Shown here piece after piece: positions 42,188-49,162 of a stretch of DNA of 64,000 nt. The stretch is from a virus (taxonomy: Duplodnaviria; Caudoviricetes). The notes under the pieces were generated by a model that saw nothing but the letters and a program-made list of their open reading frames with translations, had not been told where the DNA came from and searched no databases. The stretch is from IMG/VR virus record IMGVR_UViG_3300031555_001437; one strand, given 5' to 3'. Within the stretch, counting starts at the first letter, position 1; the number at the start of each line of letters is the position of its first letter. Position numbers and translations under genes: made by a program.

Positions 42188-42216
42188 ATTATATCATACA
42201 TTGTTAAATTTGTCAA
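42188..42216 (-). promoter_or_regulatory. Consensus sigma-A promoter
   Basis: TTGACA-17-TATAAT with extended TG. Confidence 0.85.
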
Positions 42217-42248
42217 TATATGTATGTTATTATTCACAATTTGTTTAC

Positions 42249-42272
42249 AAAAAGGACGATGTTACTCGTCCT
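42249..42272 (-). terminator. Terminator after amidase
   Basis: On - strand AGGACGA-GTAACA-TCGTCCT followed by TTTT. Confidence 0.7.
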
Positions 42273-42278
42273 GTGTTG

Positions 42279-43025
42279 TTAGCTTATATGGAGAAGTTTA
42301 CTCCACGTAGCAAAGCCGATTGCTCCATCTATCGTTAAGCCATGTGTCTTTTGAAACTTTCTTATTGCAGCATCGGTATTTTTGCCGCATAGACCGTCTT
42401 GCTCTACGCCCAATAATCTTTGCGCAAGCTTTGTAGCGTTCTTATATTTATAGAAAAGTCTCCTTTTAATTACGCATTGTTGCATAATTTTTTTGGTCTC
42501 ATCGCCGAATTTGCCGTCACATCCGAATTTAGGAAACTTAAATCCATCAGCCGTTGCAGCTCTTTGGAATGATAATATTGGGTTTTCTTTGCCATCTTTA
42601 ACGATAGACTCAAACGGAAATAACTTGCCTGGGCAATCTGTCTGCATGAGATCTCTGTGCCCAACAACTTGGTATATGTTGTATTTCTTTTTTAGATATG
42701 ACACTAACCATCTGCCCGCCTCTATTTGCGCTTGTGGCATTATCTCTTTGTTATATCTTCCCTCAAAACATATACCAAGACTTGTTGAGTTATATCCTTT
42801 TGCGTGAGACCCTATTGCGTCATCTGGTCTACCTTTGAATATCTTACCTTGTTTGTTTACGAAATAGTGGTAACCAATTCCACTCCAGCCATTTTGGATA
42901 TGCCACCAGTTGATGTCTTTTGCGGAGCAAGTAGATGCATCGGCATGATGTAAAACTATCATATTAATAGTATTCCTCTTTGCTAAAGCTCCAGCCCAAT
43001 CATATTTTACTTCTTGAATTTCCAT
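42279..43025 (-). CDS. N-acetylmuramoyl-L-alanine amidase (Amidase_2) with PG-binding repeats; probable endolysin
   Basis: IVLHH, GWSGIGYHY, GSHA, GHRD, CPG; DGKFG / DGLCG / DGAIG PG-binding repeats. Confidence 0.92.
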   Translation of the reverse strand: MEIQEVKYDWAGALAKRNTINMIVLHHADASTCSAKDINWWHIQNGWSGIGYHYFVNKQGKIFKGRPDDAIGSHAKGYNSTSLGICFEGRYNKEIMPQAQIEAGRWLVSYLKKKYNIYQVVGHRDLMQTDCPGKLFPFESIVKDGKENPILSFQRAATADGFKFPKFGCDGKFGDETKKIMQQCVIKRRLFYKYKNATKLAQRLLGVEQDGLCGKNTDAAIRKFQKTHGLTIDGAIGFATWSKLLHIS

Positions 43026-43069
43026 GTAAAATCACGCTCCCAGTATAATTCATTTTGTTGTGTAAAATT

Positions 43070-43098
43070 ATTATACCAGGAGCGAATTAAATCGTCAA
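43070..43098 (-). promoter_or_regulatory. Dedicated promoter for amidase, overlapping an RBS-sequestering hairpin
   Basis: TTGACG-17-TATAAT with TG; the -10 lies in the 5' arm of a 15-bp hairpin (43035-43084). Confidence 0.75.
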
Positions 43099-43220
43099 TT
43101 CATTTTGTTGTGTGCTCTAATTTTGCGCAGTTCTCTTTCAAGCTTTGCCACGATGTTACCGTTATCTGCCTTTCTTGACTGCAGTAGTGCGATACGATTG
43201 ATAATCATCTGTTCTCTCAT
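43095..43220 (-). CDS. Hypothetical basic protein (41 aa; not in ORF track)
   Basis: MREQMIINRIALLQSRK...; AAGGAG RBS; ATGA overlap with upstream gene. Confidence 0.5.
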   Translation of the reverse strand: MREQMIINRIALLQSRKADNGNIVAKLERELRKIRAHNKMN

Positions 43221-43885
43221 GCCTTATTCTCCTTTGACATTGCCATTGCGCGAGCCATAATCTCAGCCTGCGTCTTAATGTACTCTTCTCTCTTTTGAGC
43301 CTTACGCTCTGCTCTCTTCTTTGCTGCCTTTGCAGCGTTCTCTTTTGCTACAGCCTCGTCTGCAATCTTCTGCTGCAGTGCTTTATCTTTCTTGTCTACA
43401 ATATCAAGCGCATATTCAATCACCTTGTTGTAGATTGAACTGCTACCCATCAGCTTCTTCGCAAGACAAATAGAGATGCCCTGTTCAATAGTAAACTTAT
43501 CGTCGGGGTACAGGACTGCTTTCTCCTGCGTGCCATCTACGAACTTCACAATAACAACTCTATCGTTGTATGTGATAATATCTTTGATATCAGGCAGAAG
43601 ATTCTTGGTTGCTTTTTTGAAACCATTGTCGTAAGTTGTGATTGAAATGTTGCGGCCATCGTGATGCATTGTAGACTTTACCTCGGGCGAGACGTCTGGC
43701 TGCTTAGGCGTTGTTGCATCTTGAACGGCTTTCTTTAACTGGTCTTGGGTGACATAATTATCCCCTATGCTAATCGTCTCAGAAATGTACGAAGAGCATG
43801 AAGTCAAGCCGTCGCAAACGTTGTATCCTGTGACTTTAGTAGCGGTTGCTGATACGGCTGAATCCCATGTAGTCTTATTACTCAT
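43217..43885 (-). CDS. Hypothetical protein
   Basis: AAGGAG RBS; VIVKFVDG...D.F..EQGISICLAKK motif common in Firmicutes phages. Confidence 0.65.
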   Translation of the reverse strand: MSNKTTWDSAVSATATKVTGYNVCDGLTSCSSYISETISIGDNYVTQDQLKKAVQDATTPKQPDVSPEVKSTMHHDGRNISITTYDNGFKKATKNLLPDIKDIITYNDRVVIVKFVDGTQEKAVLYPDDKFTIEQGISICLAKKLMGSSSIYNKVIEYALDIVDKKDKALQQKIADEAVAKENAAKAAKKRAERKAQKREEYIKTQAEIMARAMAMSKENKA

Positions 43886-43901
43886 ATTTTTGTTCTCCTT
43901 T

Positions 43902-44519
43902 TTATTTTTTATCTGCAAATAACCATTTATAACAGTCTGCCTTTGTCAGCCACGACACACCAAAGAAAAATAGCGCGATAGTTTCCATTAACCAGACTTG
44001 AATATCAAACGCGGGAAGTAGCAACAATCCAAACGATAGCACCATACCAATTCCGCAAATTCGATAAATGATATTTCTAATCTTCTTGTTTCTCGTCATA
44101 TTTCCAGAGCTTTTTGTAAATTGGAAGAATGAATTATATGCCAAAATGCCAAAGAACAGAACAGCGCAGATGTAGTGTAATGTGTCGCTGATATGCATGG
44201 GAATTAAGAATGTGCCAACCAGATCGTTTGCACTATATCCTGGCACCCAGCACGGGAATAGACAAATGCCAAGTCCACAGATTCCAGCACAGGTGTTTAA
44301 AATGTCATCCACGATGTCATAGCCTTTGTAGCACATCAGCAAAATGCCAGCGGCGCCTAAAATAATCATAAACGGAGTACATGCATTTGTATACCATGTC
44401 GCAGAGATAGATGTAGGCCACATAAATACGGCGTTACATAGTTGCAGGAGTACGACAATCCATGGCAGCGCCCATCCAAGCCATCCGATTGCGCATCTTA
44501 ATCTTGTTGTGTTAATCAT
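43902..44519 (-). CDS. Multi-pass membrane protein (DUF998-like)
   Basis: About 6 TM helices; SIS.TWY, LFP, LHYICAVLFF, ET.AL..FG.SWL.K. Confidence 0.75.
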   Translation of the reverse strand: MINTTRLRCAIGWLGWALPWIVVLLQLCNAVFMWPTSISATWYTNACTPFMIILGAAGILLMCYKGYDIVDDILNTCAGICGLGICLFPCWVPGYSANDLVGTFLIPMHISDTLHYICAVLFFGILAYNSFFQFTKSSGNMTRNKKIRNIIYRICGIGMVLSFGLLLLPAFDIQVWLMETIALFFFGVSWLTKADCYKWLFADKK

Positions 44520-44550
44520 AAAACTGTCTCCTTATATTGTTCAATAAGTA

Positions 44551-44625
44551 TGGTCGAGATGACAGGAATCGAACCTGCTTGATCTAGTTCCCAAAACTAG
44601 CGCGTAGCCAATACGCTACATCTCG
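44551..44625 (-). tRNA. tRNA-Pro(UGG)
   Basis: Cloverleaf; CTAGT-TTTGGGA-ACTAG; GTTCGATTC; encoded CCA. Confidence 0.92.
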
Positions 44626-44628
44626 ATA

Positions 44629-44704
44629 TGGCTGGGAGTACTGGATTTGAACCAGTGTAATGCGGCAGTCAAAGTGCCGTGCCTTGCCTCTTGGCGAACT
44701 CCCA
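44629..44704 (-). tRNA. tRNA-Gln(UUG)
   Basis: CGGCA-CTTTGAC-TGCCG; GTTCAAATC; CCA. Confidence 0.92.
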
Positions 44705-44712
44705 ATGTTGAA

Positions 44713-45385
44713 TGGTGATTTTTAACTATTTCTAGAGGTCAACCACCTTAACCTTGTTGTCTGCGCCAACAGACAACGAAAGGACTTTATATGACGAACA
44801 TTGACGCGCCCAACAACCGCTAATGATAAGTAGCGATACGGTATTTTTAGATGCTCCGCAGCCTCAAATAATGTGAACCCGACCTTTTATGTGTCGTATA
44901 TCGGGTAACGACTATCCCTGTTGTTGGCTTTTGCCCTTGTCGGGCTAACTTGTAGTTCAATATGGTTCACCGCTCCATATCAGTTCTCTTATGAACTTCT
45001 CAATCTGCGACTTTCATCTCATATTTATTACCCGCATTCGATGTTGTCTGTTCTTATGAATGATTGAGTTCTGCACTTTCAACCGCCAGTCGTTTGCGGT
45101 TTACGCTACTTTTAAAGCCGTGCGATTGCAACATACTTGTCTAACGTTGGGCCGTTCATCTCACTCCGTTACCACAGCTCTTATCACCTATCCGTTTATC
45201 AGCTTACGTATTTTTTAATTATTAACCACTTCTCACAAAACGGCGTCGGCTTCGTGGCACCCAACTCTTGATTAGGCGCAAGAGAACGCCACTTTGGATG
45301 GGTTTTAGGTCTCCAGCCCGACTTTGAACTTTCTTGTTCTGGCAACCCAAGAGAAGGCTACGGGGAACATCCCCGTTCGACGCCA
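44713..45385 (-). ncRNA. Large ornate structured ncRNA candidate (ROOL/GOLLD-like context)
   Basis: ~670 nt with no ORF of 60 aa or more, inside the tRNA operon; many hairpins and long-range pairings (GGCGTCG/CGACGCC, CCAACAAC/GTTGTTGG, GTTGTCTG/CAGACAAC, CCCGA/TCGGG, AACCGC/GCGGTT); ends in ACCA. Confidence 0.6.
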
Positions 45386-45390
45386 GGAGC

Positions 45391-45507
45391 TAGTCACTTT
45401 TAGATTGGATTCGAACCAATGTCTCCAGTTTATCCGACTGGTGTTCTACCTCTAAACTACATCTCTAATTATTTGCAGAGACAACATGATATTGCTGTAA
45501 GTGACTA
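45391..45507 (-). ncRNA. ACAGCAA-stem RNA E1 enclosing tRNA D/anticodon(GAU)/T arms (Y-RNA-like)
   Basis: TAGTCACTT-ACAGCAA...AAGTGACTA terminal stem; internal TAGTTTAGAGGTAGAAC, CCAGT-CGGATAA-ACTGG, ATTGG-TTCGAAT-CCAAT; no acceptor stem or CCA. Confidence 0.7.
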
Positions 45508-45510
45508 TTA

Positions 45511-45584
45511 TGGCAGGGGAGGAGAGGATTGAACTCCCAGTCGCGGTTTTGGAGACCGCTGGTTTACCATTAACCGACTCCCCT
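45511..45584 (-). tRNA. tRNA-Trp(CCA)
   Basis: GCGGT-CTCCAAA-ACCGC; CCA end. Confidence 0.92.
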
Positions 45585-45590
45585 GTGTGA

Positions 45591-45666
45591 TGGTGTGCCC
45601 TGGGAGATTTGAACTCCCGACACCATGATTAAAAGTCATGTGATCTACCATCTGATCTAAGGGCAC
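45591..45666 (-). tRNA. tRNA-Lys(UUU)
   Basis: CATGA-CTTTTAA-TCATG; GTTCAAATC; CCA. Confidence 0.93.
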
Positions 45667-45671
45667 ATATT

Positions 45672-45772
45672 TGGAGCGGAGTGACAATTTCAGTCATATT
45701 CGTACTTCTTAAGTTTCAAAAGAGTAACTATCCAGTCTACTTTCATAAGAAGCCAACTTATTAAGTTTCCGC
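45672..45772 (-). ncRNA. Atypical tRNA-like RNA with CCA end (101 nt)
   Basis: GCGGA/TCCGC + T-CCA; D-like hairpin, long GCTTCTTA/TAAGAAGT arm, TGAC-TGAAATT-GTCA T-like arm; abuts the tRNA-Arg CCA. Confidence 0.5.
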
Positions 45773-45848
45773 TGGTACCACTTGAGAGACTCGAACTCCC
45801 GACACAAGGATTAGAAATCCTTTGCTCTTCCGTCTGAGCTAAAGAGGC
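45773..45848 (-). tRNA. tRNA-Arg(UCU)
   Basis: AAGGA-TTTCTAA-TCCTT; GTTCGAGTC; CCA. Confidence 0.92.
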
Positions 45849-45851
45849 GTA

Positions 45852-45929
45852 TGGTCCTCGTGGGTGGGTTCGAACCACCGACCCTGCGCTTATAAGGCAC
45901 AAGCTCTAACCAACTGAGCCTACACGAGG
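45852..45929 (-). tRNA. tRNA-Ile(UAU)
   Basis: Ile-type body; GTGC-CTTATAA-GCGC; GTTCGAACC; A73 + CCA. Confidence 0.85.
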
Positions 45930-45932
45930 ATG

Positions 45933-46008
45933 TGGAGCAGCAGACGGGGCACGATCCCGCAACAATCAGTTTGGAAAACTGAGACTCTACCAATTGAGCT
46001 ACTGCTGC
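45933..46008 (-). tRNA. tRNA-Gly(UCC)
   Basis: TCAGT-TTTCCAA-ACTGA; U73 + CCA; variant T-loop ATCGTGC. Confidence 0.88.
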
Positions 46009-46015
46009 ATAAACT

Positions 46016-46111
46016 TGGTGCTGGAAAGGCTGGCTAGTTCTTATGGTGCCCTGCAATTTAATACACTAACTGGGGATTATGTGTAACCTTTTTTACTTGC
46101 TTAAAACCAAC
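46016..46111 (-). ncRNA. Possible CCA-ended structured RNA (96 nt)
   Basis: 5' GTTGG pairs with 3' CCAGC + ACCA; internal AAAGGT/GCCTTT and TACAC/GTGTA stems. Confidence 0.35.
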
Positions 46112-46117
46112 ATTATA

Positions 46118-46936
46118 TCAATCTTCAATTACTAATACATTTACCTTTTTGCTATACGCAGTACATGCGTCAATCGCAATAACACGTTCATCAACAAACG
46201 GCTCGAAAGATTTACTCCAATCTGCATGGGTCGGCTTCGGAAACTCTTTATACATTAGTTTCAAGTGCGACCAACCCCACGAACAGTGCCAGTGTCCACA
46301 CACGATTTGCTTTGACGGCTCATACACATCGTACCGCCATGCAAGTTCCATGCCGTTAAACCATCTTGCGGTATTCCACTCAGACGCGTGAACTTCTCTC
46401 CAATTCGGATTATACTGATACGTTCTGCCTTTACGATAGTGCGCTGGCATGTCTGTATTTGTCTCACAAGGAATGCTGCCATGGACAAACACATAATGCT
46501 CAGTCTCGTAATAATCAATACTTGCAGGAATGAGAGTTTTGCAGAAATCAGAGTTTAAAACCTTAGAGACGAACTTATTTCGATTTCTCAGAGCCTCGGT
46601 CTCTGTCATGCCGCTAAGTTGCAGCGCACTGCTCCAAGTGCCGTTGCTGACATGATGAGAATAACCCCAGGCAATAGCATCTGCGTACTTGTCGAAACCA
46701 TTAAGCATATCAAGCAACAAATCTTCGTGATTGCCACGTATGAAAATTAGCTCGTCGCGGTTATACAAGTCCATCATGAAGTCTTGCATCTCCACAGACT
46801 CTAGACCCCTGTCAAGAGCATCGCCACAAATGATTAACTTCTTGGGGTCAGAGTCCGTGAAAAAGCCTTTATCGTCAAGAGCTTGTTTGAACTCACTGTA
46901 AAAGGAATGTACGTCTGACGTTACATAATATTTCAT
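46118..46936 (-). CDS. Calcineurin-like metallophosphoesterase
   Basis: SDVH, GDALDRG, RGNHE, VHG, GHWH motifs; ATGA overlap with the upstream TROVE-like gene. Confidence 0.9.
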   Translation of the reverse strand: MKYYVTSDVHSFYSEFKQALDDKGFFTDSDPKKLIICGDALDRGLESVEMQDFMMDLYNRDELIFIRGNHEDLLLDMLNGFDKYADAIAWGYSHHVSNGTWSSALQLSGMTETEALRNRNKFVSKVLNSDFCKTLIPASIDYYETEHYVFVHGSIPCETNTDMPAHYRKGRTYQYNPNWREVHASEWNTARWFNGMELAWRYDVYEPSKQIVCGHWHCSWGWSHLKLMYKEFPKPTHADWSKSFEPFVDERVIAIDACTAYSKKVNVLVIED

Positions 46937-48468
46937 CTAATTGCCTCTTCTACTGCTCTATATCTTTCCGAATTCAGTTGCTCGAGCAAACACTCATACG
47001 GGTCAAGTTTACCCGACATAACCATCTTCGCAACGTTTACAGAGAAACCACTGACAAGGGCTACTCCCAAATCATTCTGCTTAACAGGAATTGCGCCAGT
47101 TCTAGAATTAACATTCCAGAACACGAGCCTTGGGAGTTGATATCCATGTGCTGCGTATTTTTGAGCGATAGCGTCAAAGAGAGTGGCGGTCGGGCGAGAG
47201 CCTCTGCTGGAGTACCAACTGGAAGACGTAGCTGGACCCATCGTTGCACATGAATCGAACTCCATGTCCGAAATGACCAGCACATTCGCAGGCATATCCC
47301 TCTGAGACATGTTGTTGTTAATAGCAGTCTGCAAAATCAAATCGAACGTTGCTTCGATATTAGTGTTTGCAACCTCGTTATGTCTACGTGCGATGGCAAT
47401 CTTCTCTCTCAGAGTAGAAGCGCCGCTAAAATCAACCAGCTGAGGTCTGCTGCTAAAAGTAATGTACTTATCCTTGAACTCGCCAGAAGATCTCTCTGCG
47501 AAGTAAATTGCAAGTGCGTTAGCAACCTCAAGAGCAGTTACACCAGTGTTGCCGCCAACAGTACACTGCATACTACCTGAACCATCTGCAACTACGATTG
47601 TATTACCGCAACCCTGTACAGTGTCTGGAAGAGCCTTCCACATAGCCTCGATACCTTTGTCTACACTGCGGCTATAAGCGTAAGAATGAACTAAGTCATG
47701 AGGAAACAGAACACTTGCATTGATCTTTGCCTCGCCCTTTTCAAGCGCACCAAGATATGCTCTGCGTCTATCCTCGTCGTTGCGTAAGAACGCACCGTTG
47801 TAAATCAAGTTTGCACGGCTAGGAACGGCCTCATAGTCAATATCTCCCCACTGCTTTGCAGACATCTTTCGCTCTACAACATCAATGTAGTTGCGCATCT
47901 TAGACAGCATCTTACGATACTCCTTAGAAGACATACCAAGACCGTTGCGAATAATTTTTGCAAGACGCTTGGTTTCTGCGGAAGACGCGTTTTCGGACGG
48001 AGCCCATTTGCTACAGAGGGAAATTGACTCCTTGTTCTTCATCGCTTGCTTGTCTGCTGCAAGCTGTTCACGAATATGGACAATAATATCATCTTTAAGG
48101 CTAGTATCAAGCAGACACCACAGGTCATCGTATCTGCCATACTCACTTACAAGTCTAATAACTGCCTTGATAATCTCTGGCTTCTCAGTAGCCAGATGCT
48201 TCATAACAATTCTGAACAGGCGTCTCTCGCCAATTCCCTGTCTTGCATCGCGGCAATAGAACAGCCACTTGATTGCGGTTACCTTGTCCTCATAATAAGC
48301 ATCCATAAACTTGTTGATGATTTGCTGCTCAGAAGCGCCTCTTAGAGAGGCCACAGCGAAATTCAAATCGAGCAACTTCTTACCAGTAGTTCGCCACGCT
48401 ACCGCGCCGTTCTCTGTCAAAACCTTTTCATTGTTAAGTTCGTTTTTGATTGCGTTCATGAAACTCAT
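46933..48468 (-). CDS. TROVE/Ro60-like protein with C-terminal vWA domain (DUF2828-type)
   Basis: TENGA, RDARQGIGER, EYGRYDDL, KWAPSE, YRK helical region; vWA MIDAS DGSGSM, ISDMEFD, VFWNV, LVSGFS; GGAGGA RBS supports start at 48468. Confidence 0.82.
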   Translation of the reverse strand: MSFMNAIKNELNNEKVLTENGAVAWRTTGKKLLDLNFAVASLRGASEQQIINKFMDAYYEDKVTAIKWLFYCRDARQGIGERRLFRIVMKHLATEKPEIIKAVIRLVSEYGRYDDLWCLLDTSLKDDIIVHIREQLAADKQAMKNKESISLCSKWAPSENASSAETKRLAKIIRNGLGMSSKEYRKMLSKMRNYIDVVERKMSAKQWGDIDYEAVPSRANLIYNGAFLRNDEDRRRAYLGALEKGEAKINASVLFPHDLVHSYAYSRSVDKGIEAMWKALPDTVQGCGNTIVVADGSGSMQCTVGGNTGVTALEVANALAIYFAERSSGEFKDKYITFSSRPQLVDFSGASTLREKIAIARRHNEVANTNIEATFDLILQTAINNNMSQRDMPANVLVISDMEFDSCATMGPATSSSWYSSRGSRPTATLFDAIAQKYAAHGYQLPRLVFWNVNSRTGAIPVKQNDLGVALVSGFSVNVAKMVMSGKLDPYECLLEQLNSERYRAVEEAIR

Positions 48469-48506
48469 TTTGTTTTCCTCCAAAATTTCATTTATAATAA
48501 CAATCC

Positions 48507-48566
48507 AAGACACATTAGGTTATATAGATTAAAAGTCTATTCCATTAAGATTGCTGTATGTGTCTT
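48507..48566 (-). ncRNA. ACAGCAA-stem RNA E2 carrying a tRNA-Lys-type anticodon stem-loop
   Basis: AAGACACAT-ACAGCAA...ATGTGTCTT; internal ATAGA-CTTTTAA-TCTAT. Confidence 0.7.
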
Positions 48567-48584
48567 AAGATATAGTTGACATGC

Positions 48585-48718
48585 GAGACACCATAATGAT
48601 ATGCATACACGACATTTACTGTCATGCAATTTTAAGCATGCCATTCGTCTTCAATATAGAGTGAACGGCAAGTTCCATTTACTATTATTTTCATCATTAA
48701 AATTGCTGTCGGTGTCTC
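48585..48718 (-). ncRNA. ACAGCAA-stem RNA E3
   Basis: GAGACACCG-ACAGCAA...TGGTGTCTC; internal hairpins TGCCGTTC/GAATGGCA and GCATGACA/TGTCGTGT. Confidence 0.7.
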
Positions 48719-48724
48719 TTTATC

Positions 48725-48793
48725 GAGATGCTATTAAACTATAAAATCATCATTCTTTAATTTCTTAGTAAATAACATTGCTGTTAGCATCTC
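48725..48793 (-). ncRNA. ACAGCAA-stem RNA E4
   Basis: GAGATGCTA-ACAGCAA...TAGCATCTC. Confidence 0.7.
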
Positions 48794-48803
48794 TTTTTTA
48801 AAC

Positions 48804-48862
48804 AAGGCACAATATAATTTCATTCCCAGCAGAAATATGTATTAAGTTGCTGTGTGTGCCTT
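48804..48862 (-). ncRNA. ACAGCAA-stem RNA E5
   Basis: AAGGCACA-C-ACAGCAA...TGTGCCTT. Confidence 0.7.
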
Positions 48863-48867
48863 TAAAG

Positions 48868-48994
48868 TGGTACGCGGACGATGAATCGAACATCGAACAT
48901 TTAGTCCCCATCTTTCTGTGAAAATTGCGGTTAAGGTTTATGTCTAAACCCATTCACAATACTACTAACGCTCTACCAGTTGAGCTATCCGCGC
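48868..48994 (-). ncRNA. tRNA-scaffold RNA E6: anticodon loop replaced by a permuted ACCGCAA-stem module
   Basis: Full acceptor (GCGCGGA/TCCGCGT + ACCA), D and T arms; TTAGT/ACTAA stem encloses TGTGAA-T-GGGTTTA-GACA-TAAACCT-TA-ACCGCAA-TT-TTCACA. Confidence 0.75.
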
Positions 48995-49002
48995 ATATTA
49001 AG

Positions 49003-49120
49003 TGGGGGCTGCAAGACTCGAACTTGCGACCTCGGAGTTACCAGCTCAAATGTAAAATTGCAGTTTAAGATTTTGTCAAACCTCAATTATACGCGCTCTA
49101 TCCAACTGAGCTAAGCCCCC
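49003..49120 (-). ncRNA. tRNA-scaffold RNA E7: Ile-like body, GGU anticodon loop, 44-nt ACTGCAA-stem insertion in the anticodon stem
   Basis: GGGGGCT/AGCCCCC acceptor with no encoded CCA; CG|insert 49048-49091|GAG-CTGGTAA-CTCCG; insert contains TGAGGTTT-GACA-AAATCTTA-A-ACTGCAA. Confidence 0.75.
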
Positions 49121-49162
49121 ATATTCACGGCAGAACATTCATTCTGTCGTGTTTGCTTGTAT

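Noticed and set aside
44713-45385. tmRNA, RNase P RNA or group I/II intron identity for the large ncRNA
   Set aside because: No Ala-type acceptor/T-arm, no GAGGAAAGUCC, and no recognisable P7 or domain V with flanking exons. This is by eye only; cmscan is needed.
45690-46056. ORFs 45690-45902 and 45811-46056
   Set aside because: They overlap clear tRNA genes and are spurious.
48507-48862. CRISPR array interpretation of the tandem ACAGCAA elements
   Set aside because: Units vary in length (59-134 nt) and sequence, only pairing and a 7-nt motif are conserved, and no cas genes are present.
48585-48862. Anticodon-loop mimics in E3, E4 and E5
   Set aside because: Their loops do not form a clean 5-bp stem with a 7-nt loop; only E1, E2 and E7 do.
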